Positions 1 to 13,245 of a stretch of 64,000 bases of DNA are shown piece by piece (within the stretch, counting starts at the first letter, position 1; each line of letters begins with the position of its first letter). This stretch comes from Raillietiella orientalis. Taxonomy: Eukaryota. The notes beneath the pieces were generated by a model. It was not told the DNA's origin. It searched no databases and saw only the letters and a program-made list of their open reading frames with translations. The stretch lies in contig JAYWIR010000014.1 of assembly GCA_036172245.1 (NCBI GenBank), positions 4,278,001-4,342,000 of the forward strand, written 5' to 3'. The position numbers and the translations under genes are program-made.

Positions 1-2247
1 CCCATCTCCCGCAATAATGGCGTTTGTCGCTCGCGTGGACGGTGAGAGGAGTCTCTGGGTCACGTTCCCCACAGATAGATCACCATGCCCGGGGTGTGGC
101 GGGACTCTGAGCAAGAGGACCGTCAGCCAGACCATCCAAACCCTGGGACAAAACCGGATCGAGTGCTCCAGAGAGAAGGGAGGTAGGCGTACTGGGTGTC
201 GTTATGGATACCCGTCAACGGCGTCAGAAGAAGAGCAGACAGAAGGAGAGCTTGTCGAGGATGGATCACTCCTCGCTTCTCCTCCGAGGGAGTGCCTACG
301 GCTGCAGGAGCGGTTGTAGGAGGATATCTGGGGTCCTAAAAGTGACGAAGTGACGAAGGAGTTCCCAGGAATCAGGGTGAGCGCCCCTGCTTCTTGGGTT
401 TCAGAAAGGAAGCAATGTATGCATGAATCCTCTCTTGGAAAGTCTGTTGGAAACCCCAGACGCTATTTCCCGCAGCGGAAGTTCGGAACTTCATGGAAAA
501 AATCGAATGAGCTGCAGGAGAAGAAGATGGTGGGTACTCTCTTGTTCCCTCTCGCGCGTTCCTTTTTTCCATGCCGTTGCAGGTACAAGAGCTGCGTTCC
601 GCCGAGCGAAGCCACGGTCTTCATCGATCCATCCCAGCCGATGGCTCCCAGAACACGCTGCAAGAGTGGTGAATGAGGAGGCACCTCGCCTCTTTCGGCA
701 GATTTTCTTGTTTTTTTTTTCGCTCTCAGGTGGCAGAGCGGCTGCCGAGTGCTCCTCCCGACTCAGCGACTCCCCGGTGGAAATGGCATGGGGCCGATCT
801 CTCGTCTGTACTCGCTGTGTACCCTGTCTTGGGTTTCCGAGAGGACAGGCGACGTCGGATGGGGCCACTCCCATTTCTTCCCCCTCTTCCTGGAGCACCT
901 GGAGCACCAGGTAGGATTGGAGGAGGAGGGGCATCGGGTGAACCCTTCGGGGGATCGGTTGCCCGGAAAGTGAGACGAAACCTGTGAGAGAGGGATGCCA
1001 CCCCCATCCCCACTCCACCCCATGCGCGCGCGCGCGCACGTCCCTGCACCGCGGATGGTTCTCGAGGCAGTGTACGAGCTCGCGGCGTCATCTGTGGTCG
1101 AGCGAAGGAACAGCCCCCTTGCTTGCGGGCTCTCTCTTGCGGATAGTTTTGGAAAGGGACATCGGGAGGAGGAAGCGGCCCCCTCGTTTCGGGTGCGTTT
1201 CGGCTCTGATGACCGACTGGCCCATTCACCTCGTTTCGGCTCTCTCCTTTGCACCCGCCCCGCTCCAGCAGCCTGGACGGCCGCCTGCATCAAGGGAACC
1301 CAGTTGCAAAGTGGGCGAGCGCCTCCTCCCGCAGACTCCCCGTTCCCACGGCCGCGAAAAGCCATCCCAAAACTACGACAGAGTTCGGAACCGCATCCTG
1401 AGCATCCTTCCTCAAATATTTGCTTCCCGGGGAGGGGGAAAGGGAGGAAGAAAAAAAAAATGTCGGCGGAGCTTCTCTCGTCTCCGTTCCGCCGCCGCTC
1501 GTCCACGGAAGCGCCATGTCGTCTCTCCACCTGCCCGCCCTCCGCGCGCTGCGGTCGGCCGATTCCGGAGATTCGCAACTTCCCAGACCGCGCGCGGGCA
1601 GATCCGCCGCTTTTCTTAAGCCACCCCATCGCAAAAAAAAGGAAAAAAAAAACGGACGATGCTCCTCTCTCCCCCTTCTGCTGGTGGGTATCGATGGGGA
1701 CGAAAACCTCGTCCGTGATTAGAAAATGGCGCCTGGATTTCTGAGGGCCATCGATCCACACCAAGGCAGCTTTATATGAAAAAAAGAAGAAGAAAAGAAG
1801 AGAGAGACAAAGCAAAATGGCTGATTTCATGTGGTTCTGTCGCTGTTTCCCTCCCCCCTCCCCCATCCTCAGGAAAGCAACCCTGATGAAGTTCCCGGTT
1901 TCGATGAGCGAAAAAAACGACAGTCGGCCCCCGCCCACTTGCGCGCAGGTGGAGACGAACCCCGCCCGCCCCACCCTGGACACTCTGCCGTCCGGCGCAT
2001 CCGTCTCCGCACGTGTCTCCCGAGGGAGTCGTTCCCCTTCCTGCATGGGACTTGCAGACCGCCATCTTGCTTTCGGGCGTGGGCGTTGGGAGACCTCGGC
2101 GATGTTTCCACCTCCCGGCTCATACAGGAAGAGGCTCACAAACCACGGTTCTAAGGGGGAGGAGGGAGTCATCCAGATGTCGAGTGGCTCCTGGAACCAC
2201 CTCCCTCATCTCGACGGCTGGGGATGCGACAAGGCGAGCGACTCGTG

Positions 2248-2783
2248 GCAGAGCGGCCGCTTGGGGGAACGCCGACCTGTGGAGACGCCGCTTTCGTCGC
2301 CCGCGGGCGTTGAGGGGAAGAACGAGCGAGGAAGGTCCGAAGAAGTTGTGACTTCCTTCTCGGGTCGGATCCCATTCCCTGAGCTGCTCCGTCAGGGAGC
2401 GCAGAGGACATGGTGGGGTTGGTATCGCTTCGTTCAGCACAAACCGCGCCGAGCTGCTCCCAGGAGCTAGGTTGGACCGTGAGGGTTCCTTTTTTCTGGT
2501 TGACATCGCTCCTCGGGGCGGGAAGGTCATCGCTTCCTCCCACTTCCGGCAGGCGACTGGGAGTGCGCACGCCCGCTAGGCTGCCACCGGGTCGTCCGCG
2601 CCCTTCCTGCGTTCTTGCCCTCCTTCCGCAATAGCCTGAAAACGGGGAGCGCTCGCAGGCACCTCGACCCGAGAAGGAAGTCACAACATCTTCGGCCCTT
2701 CCTCGCCCGTTCTTCCCGGCAACGCCCGTGGGCGACAAAAGCGGCATCGCCACGGGTCGGCATGCCCCCAGGCGGCCACTCCG
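2248..2783. repeat. Imperfect inverted repeat pair (~120 bp arms, ~300 bp spacer)
   Basis: ~2248-2367 (..gccgctttcgtcgcccgcgggcgttg..gttgtgacttccttctcgggtcg) matches the reverse complement of ~2664-2783 at roughly 80% by eye. Confidence 0.8.
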
Positions 2784-5700
2784 CGAAGAGCTGCTTACCT
2801 TCCCGCATCCCCAACCGTTGGGATGCGAGAAACGATCCCAAGTGCCACGTGTGGACCGCGCATCGGATCTCGTCCACGGAGGAATTTTTCACCTGGGTGT
2901 TCCCAACGGAGACCTCTGCGCACAGTCTCTGGAGCCCGCAAATCGGGTTATGAGCTCGAGTGCGGGGTCACGCTGCCGCTCAGATCACGCAGCCCACAGC
3001 ATAGGCATCTCAGGTTCGCCGCCCGGTCCTATTGGGCAGGTTCAAAACCAAACACGCAAAAAAATCAAAATACGAAAATGGAACTTTGGTGATTCCTTTT
3101 TTTTCCCTCCCCCCTCGCCATTTACGAATGCGATGCACCCGTAGAAAGAGGAGCGAGGCATTAAATAAACAAATGGGCAGCTTCGTGGTGTTTGCGATCT
3201 TCCTTCGCCGTCAGCTTGCTGAGGATGCTGCGAAAAATCCCTGCGCTTCCGGGGTCAGCTGTGGCCACCTCATCGCTCCCCGAAGTAGGAGCGCTACGAC
3301 AGCCGACTGTTGACTCGCGTGTGGCTGCTCTGTAGCCAGAGGCGCCACCATATGGGTGCGGAGGCACCTCGAGTTAGGCTGAGGGTGGGCCGAACGCTGC
3401 GGGTCTCTGGATGTTCCATTCACCATCCCCTTCTACTGGGAGAATTCTGGGTCAGCTCCTCTCTTCTTGCAAACTGACCCGTTCTCCTGCGAGAGAGCTT
3501 TACATTTTTAACGTTTTCGTCTCGTGACAAAGCGGTCTCCCGTGAACAGCGAGCATCATTTTATGGGGGGGAGGGGCGGGGACAGAACCGACGGCAGGCA
3601 AGCCCATCTCACTCGTCCCGAGATTATGAGAGAAATTGGTGGCCAAGGCACTCACTCTTCGGCTCCCAAGCTCTACGGCTTCCAGTTGCGAATCGATTTC
3701 CATGCTGATGCTTGCGTTTCCCATCATCAGATGGAAAGCGAATGCTTTCTTCGCTCCAGTATTTGATTTTCGCTAGCCGCCCCTGTCAGTTCCCCCTTTT
3801 GATGACTCAGACTGTATGCTCTTCCTTAATTATTTACGCTACATCTCCGTTGTCCTCTGTTGGAACAGCTCGGCCAAACTGGAAAACATCGTCAGTTCAT
3901 TTGGCAAGACTTTCCTCGCGTCTAATCGTTTTTGCCTCCATCTCTGTATTTTGAATCCCTGCTTCCATTTCTACGGTCAACAATAATGATAGAATGTGCA
4001 ACAGTCTAATGCCCAGTGAATTATATTCATTGCAAATTGCACAAATTAATGCAATTTCTATCTCGGAGATTATGTGTACACACTAAGAGGCATTATGAGC
4101 TCATATAATCCTGTACATTGTACGGCACAAGTAAGACCTATCACATGTGATATATTAAACGAAACAGATATATTAAACAGAAGATAATGATAAAAAATTG
4201 ATTTATATAAACGCTGAAGCTGTGTATTTCATGGATCTGGCATTCCGTGTACTATACAGCGCATACAGTAAATTAAATGACCCAGAAGCATCGCGTAAGC
4301 GCGTGACCGTATGAAAATAAACCACTTTGTGAACAAAATACCGTATTCTTTACCATACATTTGCATGATTAAATTAAATTTGATAAGCACGTGCCTACTG
4401 TACGTTGCCCTTATAGTTAATCTTGGAATGTAAAATCTGTCGTCATTCAGCGCAGTAGATATCTACAGTAAGTAGATTCGCAGTGAGTAGTATCTACGGG
4501 TGCCCACCAAATCCATAGATATGTACATATCCATAGATATGTACTTCACAAGGATGAAGGTCTATGTTGTAACTCTTCCTTGGAAGGCACGTGTTCGGGG
4601 ATTCACATCCAGGAGCAGGCCAAGTGGCTGACCATTTCAGGTGACAGGGAGCGGTTACTGACATCCGGGAACTTGGACCAGGTTCTTCTCTATTTACGCT
4701 TCGTATTTCTATAGACTAAAGTTTGTTTCATTCAATGAGAAACGTAGCTCAATAAAGGGGTAAGAGAATTTGAAATGGTGGTTCATTAAAGACAGGCAAA
4801 TCACGGAATATCCCGAGGTATTCTGGCCCTATCTCGTGTTGGTGCTTACGAAGCGCAGAAGCGGATTGCTTCGTTAACAACTTGCCTTTTTGGTGAGCTG
4901 AAGAAATAAATGTGGCATACGTCGGGAGGCGCAGGAACCAAAAGGTCCGCCATTTTCCAAATTACGTGATCTGCGGAGGTGATATCTCTTCTTCATCGGA
5001 TATTTGGTGACCGGGTCATCAGTCTACACAGTCTCCCTACAGGATGAATCTCTGTACGCGACTACAGCGACGGCATCAGAAGGTGCCAACGACACGAAAT
5101 ACCCTCGCACTTTCGAGATGGCAAATGCACTTACGACACTTCTCTTTGTCTTCCTCTTCAAGATCTCTCCGTCCTCTGCCGTTGTGCATTTCTTTTGACT
5201 TCGAGCAAGTGCTCTATCGCAAACCTGAGGCGTGGCTCACAAAATCTCTCTTCCATCTTCCATCGGCAGTGCTTTGTCTCTACCTGAGTTCCTGCATACC
5301 CACAGCTTCTCTGGCAACCATGCTAATGTGATAATTGGAACCAGTCCTACGGGAAGGTCCGGTATGGTGTTTGGCTGCGACCGCATGGAAGAAGCGCTGG
5401 GTCAGCATCTGGTTCAATAACTTCTCACTTTTCCTGCCATGCTTTCTGAGCTAAGACGCGGGAACTCCTCGGCCTGATGCGCAGGAAACGAGAAGGAAAA
5501 TCTTGAAAATGTCAAGTGATGATGAAAATCATGTTTCCGTGAACTTTGCGGAGACCATGGAAAATTCACGTTCTGCGGAAGAATCCAAAAATTTTGTGAC
5601 GAGAAATGGAGATTATTCCCAAAACTTAGCACCTTTCGATACTTTCTTGTAGTTGCTTCAGATGACTCCAGCAAACAGTAGTTTAGCACCATAGCTTTCC

Positions 5701-6561
5701 TTCACATCCTCTTTCTACTCCTGAAGTTATCGAATCAGCAGACTGTCACTGCCACTGTAATAGTGAGGATTGTAAATTATGCATTCATACATTATACAAT
5801 TACAGTGGTACATTGAAGCTAGAACGCAATCACAGTTACGAATACAACTCCATACATTTTCAAAGGTCGATACCATTTCTATTCGACATTTCCTTCAGAA
5901 CAATGGAACACTGTTCTTTTAATCATCAATATCCTTAGACCCCATGGTAACTGTGACCAAGTCTGAAATCTCTTAATTTCTTGCCCTGTGAAAAACCTGT
6001 GCTTCCCCCGGGTCTGTGCTAAAAAAAAAAAAAAACTGCCAGTCACTAAAGCCACAACCAACTTGTTAATCATTCGAAACCACTTCATCACGGGTAGGCA
6101 CATTTTTAGATTCAATCATTGCTTAGAAATCTGTTTGTGGAATCATGTAAGAGGGTCTACGAAATCCTGAAAGGGAGCCCTTTGGACGAAAGGAATAAAG
6201 GAATCAATGACAAAGATTGAGAGAGGTGCGAAACATTTCGCGGCCATTTAGCTCTTCGGGAAAACAAACCAAGTCGCACGTGGAATAGCGGGAACAAAAT
6301 TCTGAATGCTCCCCAGCCGGAATTTTCAAAGTCGCATGAATGGATGGACCAAAATCCGCCTTGTAATGAAAGCACAACATTTGTTGCGTTCGATTCTGAT
6401 GCTGGAGCATCTGCTGGGGAAATCCGGGAAGAAGCGGACACCTTTTGCTACCTCCAGCTTCATGGAGCAAATGAATGAGCACAACATGGTGACAAATCAG
6501 AAAACCCCACTGGGACAGCATGTTATTTCTTCTTCTGCCACAAAGCATTCTACAACTTCTA

Positions 6562-8166
6562 CCTCAGCAGTTCGGCAGTTCCGAGTGGTTAATTGTGGAA
6601 GCGAGTCACATTCCTCTGAGGCAAAGAAACCAAAGTGGCTTCCCAGGGAGCACTCAAATCCGCATCGTAGTCTCTGCTGTATGGAATGCTCATTTCCAGA
6701 CGGAGTTCTTTGAGCACGGCTAGGAGGAGAGCAACAACAGAAGTGCCGTACACGGTCGTTTCATCTCACTCCCTCTTCTTTAATAATGCCTTCATTAGGT
6801 GCAAATGGTTTCTTACAAGAAGCTGAGCGAACGAATTTTTCAGGATCCCTTTGAGGAAAATCAGACTGCAGATGCTGTGCCCAGAGAGGGATTTCTTCAT
6901 ATTCTTCCGACATGCGTGTGATGGGGAAATTGCTTATTCCCTAAATCGGTTCTAATCAACGGCAGCAGAGCAGGCTTTTCTTTCACACCAGCTTTCATTT
7001 TAGGTGTTTGAAGGTCCCACTGCCCATTAGAAACGAACACACGAAAATAACCTCTACTTCTGTTTTCCTTTTTCCCGTCGTTTTCGCGTGAATACTCCAT
7101 CTCTTGCACCCCAGAAGCGATTTTCAGATCGTTGCGAAGACATTAACCCCATCTTCGAGTCCCGATTTCCAGTCCGATATCGCTTGGACAAGGTTTGCTC
7201 GTCCCATGCTTCTAGTTCAAGATCAATCGAGGTAAAAAAAAAAAAAAAACGTGGTGAAGAGGAGGTGCAAACTGCTTGGGAACAGCACGAGGCGTGCTGA
7301 ATCACGCGGTCTCAGCGCGAACGCGACTCCTCCTGGGCTCCCGAGCTCAGACCTAAATCACGAAACCGATTTCCATTCCTCCCTTCTTCTTCCTCCTTTT
7401 TCTTCTTCATATTTCGCCGGCGATTTCTTTCGCCACTGCCAACGCACTTTCTAGAATCGTGACCGTTCCCAGTAGGTGCTAGTGAGGTTCCTGGCAGGAG
7501 CCGGGTGTTTGCCAAACCCGATGTTTCAGCTTTCACAGGCAACAGCGAAATAAAAATTCGCAGGACAGGCAAAAATGAGGAAACGGAACTCTGGACCAAA
7601 ATGCCACAAGGAGCCATCGGGAACAAACCGCGTGTTTCTGGAGGCGTAAGCTGCTATGCCATCTGAAGATAGCTGAGATTGCAAACATGGAAACCGTGCA
7701 GCTTTATCCAGATTTTCTTCGTGCTTAGTCAAAGCAACGTTTGAGATTTTTCGGCGATGTTGCACTCGAAGGTATCTCAGTTTCCAAACATTCGATCAAA
7801 TGCTCATTGGAGAAGCTCGGCAGTTCCGTGTGATTAATCGTGAACTCACCGTTGCCGTCTCCGTGTAGACGCGGCACGGAGACGGCAACAGGAACTGGTG
7901 GTCATCGCCGATGGACACTTCACCATTGCTGACTGTTGTGGAACCACAACAGTCAGTAATGATGAAGTCATGGGAATTATGCACCTTCCGAATGCAGACT
8001 CCAGAGATACCCGCGATCCTAGCAGCGCACCACTTCGGCGCCCTACGTGTTTGAGCACCATTCGCGAATTGGAGCATCCCCTGGGAAACCAATTTGGCTT
8101 CTTTGCCTCAGAGGAATGTGACTCGCTTCCACAATTAACCAATCGGAACTGCCGAACTGCTGAGGC
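6562..8166. mobile_element. Candidate non-autonomous TIR element (~1.6 kb, ~105-bp inverted arms, TA at both outer ends)
   Basis: 6562-~6670 (cctcagcagttcggcagttccgagtggttaattgtggaagcgagtcacattcctctgaggcaaagaa..) is close to the reverse complement of ~8060-8165. TA lies at 6560-6561 and 8167-8168, with a 1-nt offset on the right. No transposase was recognised inside. Confidence 0.4.
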
Positions 8167-9179
8167 TACCGAACCCCGGAATGAGAATCCAAATATAGTT
8201 TGTTACAAGAATGGAAAATCCATTCTTTTTTCAAACTTACATTGTACAAATTATTTAGCGTGCATTGAAAAATCAAGATTAATTCCAAATTCCTATTGCT
8301 CTATTGTATATAATCTGCATATTCTGAATTCTATAAAAGCTTGATTCAATTCCATTAAAAATGCTATTAATACGTGTGGTTTAACATAAAGATTTTCAAT
8401 GAATTGATCGTTTGTTCCAAATATGGTACCTGCCATTGAATATCACATTGATGATGATCTCTTCGAAAGGGAACTTGGTATTGGGAGACTGGCAGCCATG
8501 GCAACCGTTGATTCAAATTTAAAAACTGTTCGATAAACTGTAAAGAAATTAGCAACTTCCAATTTGTTGCGATAGGGTAGCAAGGTATAGTAAACTTAGA
8601 GAAGCAGACTTGTAGGAGGTCACTTCTACAAGGTTACGAGATTGTCCACGTTACCTACACTACAAGAGAAATGAACAAATCAGCAAAAGAGATGGCGGCT
8701 CTTCTGATGCTTAGTTTCAGCATGCATATTTCGTTGGATTCGAATCAGAATCCACAAGAGGTATCGGTGACACCACCCATTACAGCATACCGGTGGTCTG
8801 GAGACGTCCCCGGGAATGTTCAGGTAAGATCCGTATCCTGCAGCTACACCGCCACCGCCGTGGAATCAACGCGACGTCACACTCGACGCGTCCCTCTGCG
8901 AAACCGACGCCCCACCCACACTTGCTGCGAGCACCGCCTTCACCAGGGCGAATTGCCGAACCGGAGTTGCTGAATTCAGCCGGTGCAGTCATCTTTGGGT
9001 GATGCTGAGTGCTGCGACTCGACAAAATGCAGCATCCATCTGTCCCGCTGCACTCCGGCGCCCCCTCGCGAGCGCTTCCTTTCCTCTTTCCAGAAGATCC
9101 TGCACATCGTGCTGCAACCCTCAGAAGAACTCTCCAAACAAGAAGCGTTTTTTGTTGTTGTTGTTCTTCTTCTTCTTCT

Positions 9180-11095
9180 GACGGGAACTCCAAAGTGACC
9201 CTCTTCTTGTTCTCTCTGAAGGGACTCCTCGGAGCTGGACACTCCGTTGTTTCTTCTTCGAAGGAAACCCGCAAGGCAACCGCTGCTTGTTCCTCCTCTG
9301 AAGAGAACCCCGAAGGGACACTTCCCAACTTCCCTGAAGGGCGCCCCTCGAGGAGAACAGCGCGCTTCTTCTTAACACTTCCGAGAGACATCAACCAACT
9401 CCATGGTACGCGATGGCGACTCCATTTTTTAGAGCTGGAGGGAAACCCGAAAGGCTTCTTGATGTCCCAGAAGTCTCGAAGGGTCAACTTCCAGTCCCGG
9501 CCAGTTAACGGGGACATCCGAAAGTTTCCGGTTTCCGCCGATGCCGCATTCGAAGCCTACAGGCCAACCAGCGTCATCTTGCTTTCGTGGATTACCCCTG
9601 GAGCACCACCTGGTGCGGACCTGCACGTCTTCTCGTCTAGAAAGCTGCCGGCAGCGTGGGACGCGCGTCCTTCCTTGCGCGCCCTCCACGCTCGTCCACT
9701 GCAGTCTCGTCCACTACGGACTGCACCTTCGACAGGTGGCCACGCTGGCGAGGAAAATGGGATGGATCTCGTGCCGCCCCGCGAACGGTAGTGCCTGGTT
9801 GCAGGGAACTGTTCGCATGTGGGCAAGGATCCAGGAGCCGAGCGCGGAACAGGGGTGACGTTTCCCCTACGCGCAAAACAACTACACTCTCCGGGAGATC
9901 CGTGGGCAAGCAGTACCTCCCTCGCTACCGCGCTGCCCTCCCTTAGGGAGCACATGGACAGCAGCCTTATGACTGGATGGGGGTCAGTGTGGAAATCTCC
10001 AGAGGGAGAAGAGGACCGGGCGAGTGGACGACGGGACAGCTCACCGACGCTCCGACCCCGGTAGCTCGATCTCGTGGACTTTTGCGCTGGGGCGTGCTAT
10101 TGGGTATTCCGGAGAAAGAGCTGCAGTGGCACCCTGCAGGTGCTCATGAACACCCGCACTTCCTCCTTATAGTGGCAGGAGCCTCGAATCTGCTGCTGCT
10201 GCACTGAGACCTCCCGTGCAACGCCTGCCGGCATCACTGGACACGAAGGGGGGGGAAGGGGTGGACTCAAACTGTGTCAGGTAGTGCGGGGAGCGGGAAT
10301 CACTCCCGCACCTCCTAGTAAACTCCCTCCTCCCCCTTCGGGGACGCTTCGTCGCGACCCTCGGAACCCCTGGAGGCAACGCCAGAGGCGTTTGGAAGCA
10401 ACTCTTCCTGAGAGACGCCCTCACGCCAGTAGGCCGCATCCCTAGCAGCCCTCTTCTGCCTACGCGGGATCGTGACTGCATGGAGCAGCCTCAGAGTAGG
10501 ACAGAACGATAGAGACACCATTTGTTTTGCTATCCTCTTCATGAGGACAGCGTCAAGATGGCTCAATCTGGGAGTCTCGAAACAGGAACTTGTCGGCATC
10601 CTGCAAAGGATGCATTCGATGTCCTTCAGCACCCGATGATCTCTTCCCGAACACCTATTTTTTTTACTGTACGTTTTTTTTGTTTTATGTTTTCCTTTTT
10701 TGTTTGTTCCCCCCCCCCCCTGCTACCAAGGTGAACCTCGCCGGCCTGCACGCCGGTTCTCAGCAGGTTCCTTTTCTAACGCATAACTCTGGTCTTCATT
10801 CTAACTCATAATTCTTCCTTTTCGTGTATGTGACATGGGGAGACCAAGCGTCCTGCCACAGACGTGTATGTTTATTTTGTAAATAAATGCCCCGAAGTGA
10901 CCGGGTGTCAACCAATGCTGCACCCGAAGCCTACAGGCCAACCACCGTCATCTTGCGAGGAGAACTCGACACTCGTGACACACCCATTTCTCTGGCGTCG
11001 ATCTTCCACGTGGATCGGGAAACGTGGAGATTCGAACCCGCGACTCTTGGTACCACGAGCGGAGACTGCAGCCAACCTGTCCTGGGAGCGGGCAA
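9180..11095 (-). mobile_element. tRNA-headed SINE copy interrupted by an antisense Tx1-like LINE fragment
   Basis: The minus strand from ~11094 reads ..AGGACAGGTTGG..GGTTCGAATC.. (A-box-like and B-box at tRNA spacing), then a core shared with the 19931-20725 copy. The SINE tail resumes at ~9536-9180, homologous to 20110-20600 and 31900-32348. Confidence 0.7.
9595..10910 (+). mobile_element. 5'-truncated, decayed Tx1/L1-clade LINE (ORF2 C-terminus plus 3' UTR)
   Basis: Translates in pieces to EHHLVRTCT.. (homologous to ~27240 minus) and the CCHC knuckle DSNCVR*CGERESLPHLLV. It continues ..MRTASRW..KQELVGILQRM, then a T-rich UTR and the family 3' end AATAAA-gccccg..ccgggtgtca. Confidence 0.85.
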
Positions 11096-11979
11096 CTCGA
11101 TGTCGCATGTGGAGCAAAAAGCATTTTCCAGGGATGGACGTGACCAGGGATCAACAAGCAAAGGATCCAGCAGGGAAAGATCGAGCCCAAAGGACTTCAT
11201 CGCTTTCTGCAGTGAAACAGACATTAGTGGAACCATAAATAGATGAAGACGTAGGCGGTTGCAACGTCCGGGTCGATCGACAGAAAAGGGAACGGACTTG
11301 AACCCAGCAGTGGCACCTTCATGGTGGCAAGGGAAACGTACTGGAGAATGAGGGCGAACTCGGCATTCGGGACAAAAGTGTCCCAAGCGACCTAGCCACC
11401 CAACGTGTGGACGCGCTCACAAAGGAGATCGCCTCCAGCCTGCGCACCAGGCGACGTGGACGTCCGTCCCCTCTTGTCAGACGCGCGCACATCAAAGGAC
11501 GACCACGTCCTGCGATGCACGGCCCGGATCTCGGGGCAGTTTTCGCTCAACGGAGGGCATCTCCGACCCGCGGTGATTGCGGATGCATCCATTCGGCGCG
11601 ATTCGTGTCGTAGATTGCCCACCAGAGGCGGCGGCGGCCATCTCAAGTGTGGAGGGCGTGGAGCGTGGCGGCCAATCGCTCGGTCTCAAACCTCAACGGA
11701 TGCACCAACAAACCGGCCAGGCGCTGACCACGGAGAAGGGTGGTCATCTGAGCCAGACGCCGGTGGTCTGTAGCCAACCTGTCCCGGGTGTGGACGGACT
11801 CTGGATGTGGAGCTCCAGCGAAGAGGAAGGCAAGGTGCTCGCGGCGGATACTCGACGACGGTGCGGGGGAAGGGGAAGATTTCCCCTGTACCGAACTGCC
11901 TCTGTTGACCTCTCTCCACCACCACCCCTCCCCATCCCCTTCCCTCACATCGCACCGATCACACACCGATGCACTAGGA

Positions 11980-12310
11980 ACTCAGCTCTTTCTGGTTAAG
12001 CTCCGGGTGCTCACTCCCCTCCTCACTAATGAGATCATCAGGAGGTCTTCTGAGGGGGAAGTACTGCTCCCAGAAGTCCATCCTTAACGAATGATAGGAA
12101 CTCCCGAGAATCTCGACCGGGAGCGATCGTTTTCGTACGCCCCACTTCCACCCACATGGCAGCACGTGACGGGCAAGGCTTTCCTTAGTGGATCCGCATA
12201 CGCGACTCTCGCCAGCCCCGCTGGACGAGGGCGGTGCTCTCCTCCCTCCGTACGGCTCGGTGGGAGACCGACTCTGCTGTTCCCGGCTGCTTCTCGACCG
12301 CGATGGTCCC
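11980..12310 (+). pseudogene. Possible eroded APE-endonuclease N-terminus of a LINE ORF2
   Basis: NEIIRRSSEGEVLLPEVH resembles the D-xx-LQETH motif. The following VTGKAFL..GRGR..LGGRPTLLF follows the GVAIL..GR..G..L order of L1-type endonucleases. Weak, by-eye similarity only. Confidence 0.3.
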
Positions 12311-12870
12311 CCCCATGCACTCAGAGGACAGGTCCAGAGACTTGCTGCAAGGCTCCTTCTGTGCTCGGGACTCTCCACGCCGCGTTTCGCTCGCGGAGAC
12401 ATGACGACGGCGAACTGCGGAGCGAAGACGAGGACGCAAGCAGGAAGACCACCCCGAAGAGGTCGCAGCCAGATGACCCCATACCGGGAATGGTGGAGAG
12501 ATGAGCTTTTCCGGTTCTCCTGATGAATGCGGAAGACGCACAGATGGGCCCCTACCCCCAGCACCTACCACCGATGCCTATTTTTCGTGTGTGTTCATCC
12601 ATTTCTTCTCCACTCCCTCTCTCTCAGGGGATTCCGTCTAAAGGCGACATGTCCGCTGGCGTCCTCGGTTCCTCCTGTACAAACTGCACAGAAGGGACCG
12701 AGGGTAAAAAGTGACCTCGCCTTTCACATTCCGCGGGTGAAGCAAACGCCCTGGCGTGAATAGGTGGTTGCGCTTCCGAGGAGGGATGCGACCTCAGGCG
12801 GATCTCTCCAGACCAGCTGCAAGATGCCTCTCGATGTGAAGGGAGCGGGAATGCCGGAAGCGGAAGGTCC

Positions 12871-13245
12871 GGAAGGACATGCAAGGGAAGTAGTTGGAGG
12901 CGTGGTTGCAGGGCGGAATCGGGAGCGGCAGAGCTCGCCACCGGAAAGAGGGTTCCCCACTCCCTCTCAGGAGTTGACTCCTCTCCGGTCGGTTTGATTT
13001 GGAAGCGAGCCGTGAGCGCCACGGCAACGACGAGCCCGACATGTCCGGCGATCCCTCGCAGTGCCCTGGATGCGGGAGATGCCGCAGCTGAGGGCATCCG
13101 CGATCCGGCGGCTGGCGATTCACTCGTGCAATGCCGCACGACCGACCAGCCGCGCGGGCAGCGCTAACCTCGTGTGCAGCTGGCGCGTGCTGCGGGAGGA
13201 ACCTCTGCAACCACGCCTCCAACTACTTCCCTTGCATGTCCTTCC
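12871..13245. repeat. Perfect 41-bp inverted repeat, 293-bp spacer
   Basis: 12871-12911 ggaaggacatgcaagggaagtagttggaggcgtggttgcag is the exact reverse complement of 13205-13245. Confidence 0.95.

Noticed and set aside
889..945. GAP-GAP-GRI-GGG-GAS-GEP collagen-like run
   Set aside because: Short, driven by a 9-nt duplication and GGA repeats in GC-rich repeat debris.
1883..1915. Hammerhead-like CTGATGA..GAAA (also minus strand near 3716-3737)
   Set aside because: Stem II geometry is wrong or too short, and no stem I/III or NUH cleavage site can be formed.
11025..11095. tRNA gene
   Set aside because: A B-box is present but no convincing cloverleaf. The copies are diverged and attached to a common body, so they are SINE heads.
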